Below are positions 1 through 12,677 of a DNA stretch of 64,000 bases, one piece after another. How positions within the stretch are numbered: the first letter of the stretch is position 1; the number at the start of each line of letters is the position of its first letter. The notes under the pieces are model-generated. The model searched no databases. It saw nothing but the letters and a program-made list of their open reading frames with translations, and had not been told where the DNA came from. Made by a program: the position numbers and the translations under genes. Source of the stretch: Tubulanus polymorphus (Eukaryota; Animalia; Nemertea); contig NC_134035.1 in NCBI RefSeq assembly GCF_964204645.1, positions 9,270,451 to 9,334,450 on the forward strand, written 5' to 3'.

Positions 1-788
1 TCAAGCCGGCTTAAAGCTATATAGCTACAGCACATTCTCTTCAGGAAAGAAAGATATTTCAACAAATATCCAGGATTTGAAAAGGTCGGATGTGACTCTC
101 GCTAGTCTGTACGTTAGATCGGGCAAAATATATTCTCGGGTTTCAAAGACATCGTGTGGTAAAGCAACAAGATCCAAAATTCGAAATGAATGGACCCGAC
201 TTGTGTACATCTTATACCGCGTATCAGCTTTCAAAGCTCAGATATACAAATACACGACCCGATCTAGGAGGACGGAGTTTTGTTATCATTGAATTAAACC
301 CGTTGATATGACATTTGACCGTAGATATTACCAGCAAATATTCACGCGATAACGCTACGCGTTATATCTATCGGCATTCTCTCGTCATCGTCGGCAGCGG
401 CGGAGAAAAAAATCATTCCCGGCACAAAGATCGCATCGGAATCGATATCCACTGCGCGAGATGAATCGAAGGAATCGAGGGACGGCGCGGTGTGAGTCAA
501 CATGCAACAGGATACCGATTCGATGTTATCTTACACGCCGAACATATCTCCGCGATATTCATCAGTGACAACTTCAGCTTTATAGATGCTACATCGGAGA
601 TTTACGACGAACCCCGATTACACACAGACTAAGCTTCATTTAGCTCGAACCGGCTTTCGTCAAATGCGTTACGGATAAAGCTTTTACCAGATCAAATTTT
701 TAAATGCTTCTGTTACGACAGTTTAGATAATGTAAATAATGGATTTTCAACGATAAAAAGAAAATGACCTCAAACGCCAAAGCGAGGA

Positions 789-1325
789 CTGAACGACTAG
801 AAAGTTCTAAAGTGAATTTGACTGAATGACCAGAAAGTTCTAAAACGAGTTCGATTGAATGACCAGAAAGTTCTAAAAGGAGTTCGACTGAATGACCAGA
901 AAGTTCTAAGGCCACTTTGACTGTATGACCAGAAAGTTCTAAAGCAAGTTTGACTGAATGACCAGAAAGTTCTAAAGCGACTTTGAATGTACGACCAGAT
1001 AAGTTCTAAAGCGAGTTTGAATGTATGACCGGAAAGTTCTAAAGCGAGTTTGACTGAATGACCAGAAAGTTCTAAAACGAGTTCGACTGAATGACTAGAA
1101 AGTTTTAAAGCGACTTTAAATGTATGACCAGAAAATTTGTCACTGAGTTTGACTGTATGACCAGAAAGTTCTAAAGCAAGTTTGGCTGTATAAACAGAAA
1201 ATTCTAAAGCGAGTTTGACTGAATGACCAGAAAGTTCTAAAACGAGTTCGACTGAATGACCAGAAAGTTCTAAAGCAACTTTGACTGTATGACCAGAAAA
1301 TCCGTCACTGAGTTTGAGTGTATGA
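789..1325. repeat. 33-bp minisatellite, about 16 copies, in a catenin intron
   Basis: Unit approximately GACTGAATGACCAGAAAGTTCTAAAGCGAGTTT. It produces the spurious (LELSGHSVKLA)n ORFs 700..915 and 797..1495. Confidence 0.95.
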
Positions 1326-1592
1326 ACGTTGTAAATCATATCTAACGATTTTGGCTTTTTTCGCTGTGACTGTTTTATGAGTAAACAGCGAACGAGATCA
1401 ATCGATTTCCACCGATATATTTCACTCTCGAGATTTAAAACCATCAATTTTCCATTAACGACGTACGAAGGAAGAAGCGACAGAAGTTTCTTCACAGTGA
1501 CTCACGACGAGATCAAATTCACACATATAAAACATAGAGACACAGACGGACGAGGAGGTCCCGTCAAATCAATTTATCATCGGCGTACTTAC

Positions 1593-2438
1593 CCTTTCTA
1601 GTTGATTAGCGACGCTGCGTCTTTCCTGTTCTAACTCTCTTGTCAACTGTTCGAATTGGGCTTCCTATATCAAACACGAGAAATAATCATGTCATCAATG
1701 AACAAAAAATGACTCGCGCAGCTTAAGGTTTATTAAGAGATTCATATTACGAGTACGAGATTCTGATGGTTTTACTGATTCTTCTTTAATCCCTAAAGTG
1801 CCACTTAGACTATTGGCTTATAAGTAGGTTTGAGATTTATAGAGAGGGCTTAGGTTAGAACCATCGATCGAGGAACTCAGCCACAACCCGAGTCACAGTT
1901 CAATGAATGGTGAATTATTCAACCACTCGACCAGTCTATCATTGCATTTACACTGCGGTGCAGTGTATGAATTGATGGAATCTGCCAATACACCGCATCA
2001 CGGTGTATTGGTGTAATTAGTAATTATCTCAAATCGAAAGATGGCAACACCTGTCAAATATGGCGAAATATTAGTTATCAACAATACACCACAGTGCGGT
2101 GTATTGCACTATAGCAGTATGCCTGTTGTACAACGAACTGGGGTGGAATTTTTCAAACTTTTCTTCAAAAAATCTCCAGCTCTTTTGAGTATTAATCTTT
2201 CAGCGCTGGAAAGAGTTGAAAGCGATCTATAAACCGACGACCCGTAGGTCTCAATGAACCAGCCGACGATTACCTGTTCGTGCACGGAACGCAGTATACT
2301 GGCAGCGGAATTAACTGAAGTATTGGCGGCGGCGCCATTAACCGAAGAAACGTCTAAAGCGGGATTATCATACGCCGCGGTTAAATCTCGGTCGTCGTCT
2401 ACGTACAAACCATACTGACCCGAGGGCATCGCTTTCAT
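1593..2438 (-). CDS. CTNND2: p120/delta-catenin family, first two coding exons (2438-2274, 1664-1593); gene continues beyond the left edge
   Basis: Spliced translation MKAMPSGQ...NSAASILRSVHEQ|EAQFEQLTRELEQERRSVANQLER matches the N-terminal coiled coil of p120-family catenins (ASILASVKEQEAQFEKLTRALEEERRHVSAQLER). GT-AG sites are canonical and phase 0. An acceptor at 2460 implies an upstream UTR exon. The paralog symbol is nominal. Confidence 0.88.
1918..2220. mobile_element. Degenerate copy of a TTAA-flanked piggyBac-like MITE
   Basis: Shares internal motifs (ACACCGCA..CGGTGT, AATTAGTAATTATCTC, ATGGCA.CACCTGTCAAA) with the copies at 36834, 38511 and 54872. Confidence 0.7.
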
Positions 2439-3399
2439 CTAACGACTACGACTCCCGATCTGTAAAACACAATACACACATCATCAATTCACTTATTGAG
2501 ATTCAAATAACAGACCTTACCACCGGTCGTCATCTCTTCAGAAGCCTATCAACGTACAGGACTGTCTTCTATAGACCAGTACCAACTCTATCAATAATTG
2601 AATTACAATAGTCTCTACACACAGTTTTGTACCGTGTCTTCATGTAAGTTTAACAACACTAAATGTCCACGATGATTGTTGTATACATTTCATCTATATT
2701 CTATATTCCTTTAATGTTTAAATGTTTACGTATAATAGCTCTTTGTTTCTTCAGTTCGTCTGTGTCTAATACGTTAATTGTTGCTTGTCTCACTGTCATG
2801 TCACTACTCGTCACCTTGTAATAAATCAGTTCCAGTTGTGGTATTCCAAACTGATAGTTCATTCGTTACTTCTTCGCTCTGTTCCGGATTTCCGACGTCG
2901 ACCATTCTTCGAGAATAGGGCAGAAAATAGCTTTGCTAAATAAGCATATCGTTCACGTGTAAGTCATAAGCCGCTATCACACTGGATTCCGCTGGATTTC
3001 CCTGGAAAGCTGTTTATTCAAGGTAGTATCAAAACTGTTTCCTGGCATCGAGATCTAAACTGGCCGTTTGTACTAGTGTATCAATAGAATGTGTTAATCC
3101 GCCGGAGATGTCATTAATCAGTTCTGTCTTAGGATCGGATAATTAAATGACCTGCTGCTGCCGGTGCCGCTGCTGGTCAGCGATGATGAATTAGTCGCCA
3201 ACAACAAGATAAAGGCTGAGAGATCAGAAACTCTTGAGGATGATTTACATCCGTGTCTGAAATAGCCGATGATGAGACTCTCTCTTGTCAAGTAAACGTA
3301 ATTAGGACGCGACACCACCAGATGGCGTGCTTAGGACTTACTCGATGTTAGGTTTAAGTTTATACAAATCCCTCCAGTGAATTGTGTATATACGTGTGA

Positions 3400-3636
3400 T
3401 ATATCTTGCTGTATATAATTCAATCTCTGTACTTGCTTTGTTTGTAAATAGTTTTATTACTGAAAGTTTGATATTAAATTTTGTTAATTCCTATTTTGTT
3501 TTGTATATATGTATATAATTCTGTTCATGTTTTGTCAATTTTTATATTCCATATTTTGTATTCAATCTTGCCTCCACGTACCATTCTTATGGTTGGAGTG
3601 AAATAAATATCTTATCTTATCTTATCTTATCTTATC
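3400..3636 (+). mobile_element. Probable 3' remnant of a non-LTR retroelement ending in a (TCTTA)n tail
   Basis: T-rich tract, then AAATAAAT immediately followed by about five TCTTA units. Confidence 0.45.
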
Positions 3637-4242
3637 GATGGTGACTTAATAATCAAAATTTAGTGATATAAAGATCTTTTAATAATAGAGGACATAATAA
3701 GGAAATGAAGTTAAAAGCAGAAATTTTCAATTTGTCCACAGTTCTCAGATGCGACGAGGACACGAGGTTGTTCGACTTTCGGCGCTCTTACAGTTCGGAT
3801 CATCTAATCTATAATGTCAAGAACATCGACACAAATTAACAGCTCAGCATTAGGTAAAATCTTCGCGCGCAAATCATCGGGGTAAAAAACCGATTACGAG
3901 TTTGAATGTACTGAAAATATCCATCGATATTAATCATATTAAGACTGAATATGAGTTTCGTCTTTCTGTATATAATTCATGATGATAATTGATCGCAGGG
4001 AATGCGACACATGTGTTCGTTTATAGTGCTCACCGCCGACGACATTCTATTGTATTATGATATATCGCTTGAAACAAATGAGTCGTTTGAAATTTCAACA
4101 ACTGTAAACCATGTATATCGCCTTCCTCTCTGTCTATATATGTAGGTATTATCAGGTATCGAATCTACATAGCCTTGCATCTTCCCTTGCAAACATTCAT
4201 CTAATTCCTTAACCATTCATGAAACTGTCACGATAATACAGA

Positions 4243-4510
4243 CAGGGTCCCCACAGATCAGTAGTTGCTGGATATAAGGAGTTTTAAGGAGAAAATTTCA
4301 AGTTTTTAGTGTCCGCGTCACTTTCATATTCCAATACGACAGACTTCTCCTGAATCAGTACTGTTTATCTCGGTAGACAATTATTTCGATGGTTTTATAA
4401 GTAAATTTTTATCCTTTTACACTATCTAAACTCTAATTCGGTAACTGCAGCGCCTAATAGGGTTACAAAAAGACCATGGTCCCAACTGGCAATTTCAGAC
4501 TTCAGACTAA
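4243..4510 (+). mobile_element. CAGGGTCCC-terminal MITE family, partial copy
   Basis: Starts CAGGGTCCCCACAGATC and aligns by eye with the copies at 6158, 7026, 37653, 39129 and 57170. Confidence 0.75.
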
Positions 4511-6157
4511 AATGGTGAATGTCTGAAAGGGTTGGGGCCAAAATAATGAGTGATACTTTTCCTAAACACGTCGCATTTTGAGACATAGAACTTACTTCAT
4601 GCGGAACTACACAAACAGGTTCCGTTTATGAAAGTAAGAGCCGATACAGGTGTGAATTCAAGTATTAACGCCGATTAATTCTAGCAAATATTTATTCTCG
4701 GAAATTCCTCTCTGATCCCTGCCCCTTAAGGACCAGTAAACACTTTCGATAAACGTTTAACGCATAAAAACCCGTGCGTAGGAAATTCCTCTGTATTCGA
4801 CAAAATCATGCTGTTTCTCAAGAATGGAAATTTTCCTTTCAATATCCGATTATGCTGAATACGGGTTTACAAGTTGAAACCAAGTAGAAGTTAACTATTT
4901 ATTTGTCGCACGAGCTTTTATCAGGTGAATGAGTATAGTCAATAAAAAAACAACAGTATTTATAGGTAGACTGACAATATTTACAGAGAACTGAGTGAGA
5001 AGAGTAATATTACAAATAAATGATAAGTGACGTGATAATTAATAATAGCTTCTATTCATTAGAAGCGAAAGCTTGTGTGACAAATAAATAGTTAACCTAT
5101 ACAGTACTACTCGTCTCGTAACTTATTTTAAACCTGGTTAACACGGCTACTCTACGAATATTCTCAAGTTGAAACCAAGAAGTCTTTCTAAAGACTGCTC
5201 TCACGTCTAACGAAAACCAGTCCACCAATTATGGATCCAAAATTTTTAGATTTTATTCCTGGAACCCCTGGTACTTGTTTCATTGGTGACTATCAAAATC
5301 TTACTTCCAGTATTCAGGGACGAATTTAAGGGGTAAAGTCTCAGGGCTCCGAGAGGAGGACCTTTCCGCTGTGGTTGCCCTTTTGGTCGATACAAAAATT
5401 GTTAAAATCTGCCAACTGAAAATTCATTCTTTGGCAAATTGCATATTTTCGGATGCATTTCTCGTCCAATCCCTCGGACATACCCCACACGGCCAATGAC
5501 ATGGCTGCTTTATCTAAAAATGCTTTTCCTTTCTTCTGGACCCCGGCCTTCCCAATTGCCTAGATCGACCCTTGCCGGTACCGTGGAGCTGGATCCTGTA
5601 AATCAGTCCACTTTAGTATCTCTTCAATAGAACTTTCTTGCGAATATCGTATATAAACATGATTGCCCTACAAACGATATTGAAATCGCCTCTAGACGCT
5701 CTCTCTCCTCCCGAGGTCTGGATGTTATTGCTGTAGCGGTGAAAAGAATGTTTTTGATGCAACAACTCTGAATGAACTCGAAACATCTGATATATGCACA
5801 GATTCAGGCAGAAATGTTCTTTATTGGTTCGATACCCGAGAGAAGTGATTGATGTGATAAATCTATTCCTCATGCTAATACTACAACGAGGAGAGTCAAC
5901 TGTCGACTCGACTGACGCTGCTAACAATTTCTTCAATTATGCCGCAGCAAGAGAAAGTGAGACTGTCGGCCTCCCTGACGACACCTCGGCCTGCCTGCTG
6001 TATGTGTAAGCCGAGGTGAGTCAGGCAAATAGATCGCACAGGTTGCTGTTATACTTAATGAATTATATCCGGGCATCGAGTATTTAAAGAGGGCGTGTCG
6101 AAAATGTCACAACTCTCAGCGCTCAAATTTTGAATCACAACAAACCATCAACTAGTA

Positions 6158-6560
6158 CAGGGTCCCTACAGATCGGTCATTCCTTGATAAGCCTTTAAGG
6201 AGTTTTAGAAAATATTTCTTATTTCGAGGAAGTGTCTGCGTCACTTTCACATCCTGATTACTATAGACTCCTCCTAAATCGTATTGTTTATCTCAGTAAA
6301 CCGATAATTTGGTGGATTTATGAGCCTATCTATATTCTTGACATTACTAAGCTCAGTTTCTAATTCGGTAACCGCCTAATTGGGTGAAAAAAGATCCTGG
6401 TACCGACTGTACCGATTTAGGCGTAGTCGAATGTAGGGCCTGCAACCTCTGAAGGCCTATTTCTCAAAATTGAGTTTTTCTAGTTTCTGACCTGTCAGAT
6501 TAAAGTAGTTCCAAGCAACTTCAAAAGCATTTTTAGAAAGAGTATTTAAGAAATCATAGT
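6158..6560 (+). mobile_element. CAGGGTCCC-terminal MITE family copy
   Basis: Starts CAGGGTCCCTACAGATCGGTCATTCC and is collinear with 7026-7435. Confidence 0.75.
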
Positions 6561-7025
6561 CCTCATGTAAGGAGTCATAGTCCTCCCGTAAGGAGGGTGG
6601 GTCTAAAATTTCATAATTCTCGGTTAACAAATCATGAATCATTACAAATGATCGACTAGTATTATAGGTAAGGTAGATCCGGTGATCGCGCTATGGACCC
6701 ACTTCACTGACACAGCTGACGAAAATATTTCCGGCCCCGATATCAGAACTCTGGTAAATAAAAGCCGGAAATCATAGTCATTGACGATGAATCGATTTTA
6801 TCGTTAAATCAATTAGAAATGTTTAACTACACGAATCGTCGGAATCGTTTCCCGAATCGTTTCCGGAATCACCGGCGTATTTGAACAATCAATCTTTATA
6901 GAACAATGACGACTACATGATCTAATCTGACGAGAGGCCACATTCCATACTCGCATTCCTGACGCTACGTTTTAAACAAACGGATCTCTATTCCTCAGGC
7001 GTGCTTCGCTAACAACTTAAACAGC

Positions 7026-7435
7026 CAGGGTCCCTATAGATCGGTCATTCCTGGATATAAGTCTTCGAGGAGTTTTGAAGGAGCAAATTTTATATTTCAA
7101 GGAAGCGTCTACAATTACTGTTAACTCCTCCTAAATCGGTACTGCTTATCCCAGTAAACCCATTATTTCCACGGTTTTGAAAGCAAATCTTTATTCTTGA
7201 CACTACCTAAATTGGGTTTCTGATTTGGTCACCACCTAATAGGGTAACAAAAAGATCCTGATTTCAACTACCGATTTAGGAGTAGTCTACTTTACAACTT
7301 CTGAAGTATCTAATCACCTATTCCTCAAAATTGAAGAGGAGCTTTAAAGAAGTTTCTGACATTTTGCACTAATTAAAGGAGTTTCAAGCACCTTCATAAG
7401 CAATTTCTGTTTCAAGGAGTCGTCTAGGGACCCTG
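7026..7435 (+). mobile_element. CAGGGTCCC-terminal MITE, full-length (about 410 bp)
   Basis: Terminal inverted repeats CAGGGTCCCTA...TAGGGACCCTG; no coding capacity. Confidence 0.85.
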
Positions 7436-8493
7436 ATAAAGAGACCCTCAAAATCTTCGAAATAACAAAAACTTTGGAAAGTAAATACACAGAACAAGAA
7501 AACCAAAGAGAGGTTAAACGGCAGGATCTGAAGTTTAATGGGTTCTATTTTCTAAGTTGACGAGACTTGCATGCGACGAGGCCACTTAATCGGCGTTAGA
7601 AAGTAAACTACCAGATTCGAAATTCAAAGGGCATTTCTAAAGTGGACAGGGCCACTGAATCGGTGTGTAATAATAAGACATAGGAGTACAGCATGGATCA
7701 GGCAAGCGTGCAAATGCTGTCCGTACTATACTGAGTTCTCGAGGCGTGGAACTCATTGACGAGATTCTCCATTCTTTTAACTCATAAACCTGTCCTATAT
7801 TCGCGATACTCGAAACGCTCTTCTGATATACGACGTGACATTTTTGTCGGTGACAAAAATTCACCCGAGAAATTCCGTTTATTTGCGATCTATTCAAGAC
7901 GCGATATCCTTAAACAAACGCGCGCGGTTTTTTTTACTATTGAATCACCGCGCGATATTCCGCGTAGAACTATATATACAGTCAAAAAGTGTCAAGGCTT
8001 CGAAATGATTGGTGCATTATTTATAAAACATTAAACACGGCTTTAGAATTCAGAACCTTGTCAACTGACGGCGTAAATATATAGATAGATATAGATATAG
8101 GTAGGTAGGTAGGTATGCCCTCCTAATGGGCCGACAACTCGATCCCGATAAACCTGAGACTCGTTTGATTTAATTCAATTAAAGCAAAGCGAAAAGAACT
8201 TCCCACAATTTTCCACAAATCGTCGAATAGAATTCCCCACATTCCCTAACACAACATGAAAACTGCTTCAACTTAGAATAACCTGTACACTTAAACACGT
8301 GAACGACTAAAACTCAATATAGGCGTCATACACATCTAAATGACTTTACAACTTACCTTTAAGAAATTGAAAAGACAAACATCACTTTGGACTGTAGAGA
8401 TGTCTGTGTCTAGTCTACGAGCAATTATCTAACGTTTGATAATTGCTCGTAGGTCCAGTTAAGCGTCAGTTACTGTTACCTCCTAGTTAAGAT

Positions 8494-8628
8494 CAGGGTC
8501 CAGTTTCACGAAAAAGTTAAACTCACATTTTTGGTGTATTTGCTATTGGTTACTTCATGTTTCCAATGATGACAACAATTCAAACTTAACCGTTTTAGGC
8601 TTAAATTTTTTCGTGAAACCGGGCCCAG
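8494..8628. mobile_element. Small MITE with inverted ends
   Basis: GGGTCCAGTTTCACGAAAAA...TTTTTCGTGAAACCGGGCCC; a related left end lies near 56706. Confidence 0.7.
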
Positions 8629-9233
8629 TACAGTTTCAACTCTAAACCTTAACCAACGAACGTACTGAGTCCGCGGTATCTATAGAGATAGTCCAAAATG
8701 TTGCGTCTTTTAACATTTGATTTTTCTTGATAAATAATTACATTTCGAAATGTTGTTATTCGTGAAAAGGGTTTTAATGCGTAATTCACGACGCCTTACG
8801 GAACCGTACTTAGATTCAGAAACGACATTTAGTCGTTTTGCACTGAAATTACACGTTACCATGACAGCAAAAAGCGAAAAGCTTAATTATTAACAATAGA
8901 CAATTCCGGACCACGGGAGACACATAAAAGATGAAATTTAGCGACGTAAACTGTCAGTATTGATACCTTACCTCCAGAAAATATCAACCTGCAGTACACG
9001 TCGACACGAGGTAATTTACACGATGTAGTTATAATCCAATTGTTTTTACGGTTACGAAATAATCCGCTTATTTTATATCCACCGATTGTATTAAATATGT
9101 ACGTCCCGCAGAAAAGTCGAAAACGAAACAACACCGCACTGAAACGAAAACAACCGCAAAGAAATTAATTAAAGTGAATGAGCAGAAACCAGTTCTATAG
9201 TTTCTGAATGCGGGTTTGAAAATACACTACGTA

Positions 9234-9590
9234 CTTTCAACTCGGAGTTAATCTAGTACCCGTGGCACTGAATCCAGCAATATCAACTATTTTGAAACAA
9301 AATGTTTTCCTCAATTGGAAATACCCTCATTTCAACTCAAGAGTTAACTCTAATTCCTGTGGAACTGAATCAAGGGATATCAACTCTTTTAGACAAAATT
9401 TTCTCAATTGAAAATAACTCATTTCAACGCACAGTTAACTCTAATACCTGTGGAACTGAATCCAGCAATATCCACTCTTTTCAGATACAAAATGTTTTTC
9501 TCAAATGAAAATCAACTCATTTTAACTCAGAGTTAACACTTATTCACAACTGTGGAACTGAATCCAGACAACTCTTTTCATATAAAATAT
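9234..9590. repeat. Tandem repeat of about 88 bp, about 4 copies
   Basis: Recurring TTTCAACTC.GAGTTAA...TGTGGAACTGAATCC...CAACTCTTT. Confidence 0.8.
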
Positions 9591-12171
9591 TTTTCTCTAT
9601 ATACGGTATAGGCTTATAAAGAAATGATTCTGAAATTCCATTGAAATAACAGTATGAAAATGGACTACGCTAACCTTAAGTAGTTCTTGTTATTTCACCA
9701 CAATAATAATCACAATCAGGAGGCCGAATTGTATGAAATAGAATCTGTTTAATATCAGATGGCCTTCTAGTGGGAAGGGTATAGGCTACCACCACGCGCA
9801 TATAAATCACCGAGAATACCTCTAAATCATGTTATCTTTAAGACATGTAGTACTTGATAAAACAGAAGTCAGAGTTGAAGACAACATTCCATAGATTCAT
9901 ATTCCATTCTATAACGAATTCCAAAGTGTCACTGACTAACCTAAATGCTATGGGGGGGGATGAAATTAGCCGAATTATCCACCGCTAATCAACTGAATTG
10001 TGTGAATACAAGTGTAACAGCCACACACGCCTAATAGATAATAGTTAGGCGTATACTACAGGACACATTGATTAATAGTAAGGCCTATTTGATGTCATTA
10101 AAGTAATCTAAATTAGTCATAACAGAATAGTCGAAGATATAATAATGGAAAGTTGTGTGACTATATTAGGACTACGACAGGACAAGTGAATCTTGACCTA
10201 TTTATTTTTACTATATCAACACTCGAAATATTCAAATATTGGCCGAACCCCAACAACCTACGACTACGAAGACTTCAACCGACGCATTTTATCCCTGATG
10301 TAAGGTTAACACAACAATAGATTTTAACCAAGTGAAAGGCGTGATTGTAGGCTAGACTGGTTCCAATAATTGGCAATCAACCAGCGTGTGCATGTGCACT
10401 GTTCTAATAATGCTGCAAATTGAATGAGTCTTTAACTACTGAATAAGATTGTTCAACCAAAAGATCCTGATTGCGAATGTGACCGCGAAAATGTAATTTT
10501 ACAAAATGCAGGACGGTTAGGGGTGGGACTACACTGCTTTAGGCTAAATCTGTGTGTGTCCCCAAATTGTGGAACTTACTACCTGCCTTACCCAAATTCT
10601 CTGAGCTGGCCAAGCTGCTTCCCCATAGGGTTTTAGGTAGACTAACATAATCATACAACTGATTCAGATTTCGCTGGTATTTAGAAATCCAAGTGATATT
10701 TACGGGGAATCGAGCATCCACAGAACTATTATTAGATTAACTCAACATTATTTAATTTACTACTACAATACAAGACTCAACCCGGAAGTGATTTCTTACG
10801 GCTAATTGATCAATTTCTAATTAACGAACGGGCTTCAATTTTACATATCTATTGCCACCCTAATAAAAACCTCTATTTTCACTACCTGATTAAAATTGTG
10901 ATTCAACTTGCCGCTGTTCAATCGCCATATAATCCACGAATATAATATCCGAAAATCATCGAAATACCGCAAAACAGCCAGTGTCCACCATCTTGTTTGT
11001 GTTGGCTGTTCCGATGTTTGGATTTGTCATCCCTCCGCTTCAATAACCCTAACCGTAATCTGCAGCGGGGTGAAACCTATTATCGAACAGCCAGTAGTAA
11101 TAGTCCACGCGATCGTCGCAAGGTAGCAGCATCGGCCGGGAAATTTTAATGTCCGAAGGCGCGGATTTTCAACCACAGAGGGCTCACCGATTAGAGCAGT
11201 ACAGATTTATGTAAAAACAATAATCTATTACTTCAATGTCTATAGTATATATAGTATATTATCATTTTATATACATTATAGACATTGGATTAATAGATTA
11301 CCGTTTTTACATTAATCTAATCTGATACGAGCCGTCAACGGCCTCCGTTATTTTGAAAACGCTTCTTAGTTAAATTTTTAACAAACTATACATTTTGAAT
11401 GACCAAAAATATTCATTCTAGGTGTTACATTTTTACTTCCCGAATACTGCCTCACAGCGCCTGTGGTCGTCGGAGTGGGAAATCATGTACGCGGCACGGC
11501 CGGCGGATCAGCACAGCCGCCGCCGGGTGTGGCTAAGGAGAGTCGTTTCGGCACCCCAGTAGTAAGAGGCTTGATTACCGGGCATGGACTACCAGGTGGG
11601 TGGTGTGTGTTGGAAACTATAGTTAAAATTCGGAATATTCAAGCTACAAATCCCGCGGGCAAGAGGCGAGTCGACCGGGCACCGTCGCCTGCCTGGTGGC
11701 GTCGGCGGCATCTTCTCGTCGGGGCATGGTAGGAGTAATCGGCCCGGAAAAGCGAGTGAATCATTATTCCTATCAGAGGCGCGATACTCGCTTTCTTCTA
11801 TTTTCCATTGATTAATACCGAGGTAACATGAAATTAGCTGATTATGGAGAATATTTGTTATTCGACACATGATGCCTTCAGTACACGTAAACCATAAGAC
11901 GGCCGCCTGGAAAGTACACACACATATCGTTTTTTCGATTATAGTTGACTTCTGGACCAGCCTCAACCGATCCCGTTTACGAATCCATTGAATGACCATT
12001 TTGCTAAATAAAACAACTGTATTCTCATTTAATTTCTTTTTTTTTTATTATGGAAAGGAAATAAATATAAAGAATTCCAACTCTTTTTTATTTAACGTAA
12101 ATACAAAACAATATCACAAAAATAAAGCGATATGTATCACTTGTGTGTGTGTATGTATTGAGCAGACTCGT

Positions 12172-12670
12172 TTATTCTATTTCGACTGATTCCGGAATTT
12201 TATTGAAATTGCGCAAAAAGATGACTAGATCTTCGTACGAAATGAGTGTCGCGAGATGTGGTCGAAACGGATGAAAGTTAAGTAGTTTCTCCGATGCTTG
12301 AACGATCAATGACCGGTCGACGATCAGACGAACGTCCGCCGCAGACGGATACATGAACGAAAACGGTGTAACACAGCCAGGGTTTGATTTGAGTATTTCT
12401 AGTAAATCGGTCGTAGTCGCGAAAGATAAGTTACGATGCGCTTTCAAATTGGTTTTAAGACGTTTCAAATCGACAGGGGAATCTTCGCGCGTAATGACGA
12501 AATAGAATTCGCCTTTGCGGTCTTTCAAAAACAAGTTCTTACAGAAGATCCCGGGGTTTGGATCGTTTTGCCGGTCGCTCTCCCTATAAACGACCGTCCG
12601 GACGCGAATTCCCAGATTACGGAGGGCGAGATGCAGATCGGGGTTAGGGATCCCCCGATCTACGTCCCAT
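12172..12670 (-). CDS. YbaK/ProX superfamily aminoacyl-tRNA deacylase (PrdX / ProXp-ala / PRORSD1-like), lacking an in-frame AUG; predicted start AUG 12670 (or 12751) plus a +1 frameshift at 12649-12644
   Basis: Motifs KNLFLKD (conserved Lys), GCVTP (GxxxP loop), LNFHP and LISYEDLVIFL are typical of ProXp-ala proteins. The frame is open from TGA 12720 to the stop at 12172. Its only ATG lies deep in the domain, and the ORF-track start at 12702 is GTG. AATAAA signals occur at about 12090 and 12046. Confidence 0.85.
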
Positions 12671-12677
12671 CCTCCGC
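12619..12677 (-). other. 25-bp RNA hairpin with CCC-UAA in its loop and AUG 12670 in its 5' arm
   Basis: 5' arm GCGGAGGAUGGGACGUAGAUCGGGG, loop GAUCCCUAA, 3' arm CCCCGAUCUGCAUCUCGCCCUCCGU. By hand: 19 Watson-Crick pairs, 4 G-U pairs and 2 A-C mismatches. Confidence 0.8.

Noticed and set aside
700-1495. 232-aa and 71-aa repetitive ORFs
   Set aside because: They are translations of a 33-bp intronic minisatellite whose unit is a multiple of 3; there is no supporting gene structure.
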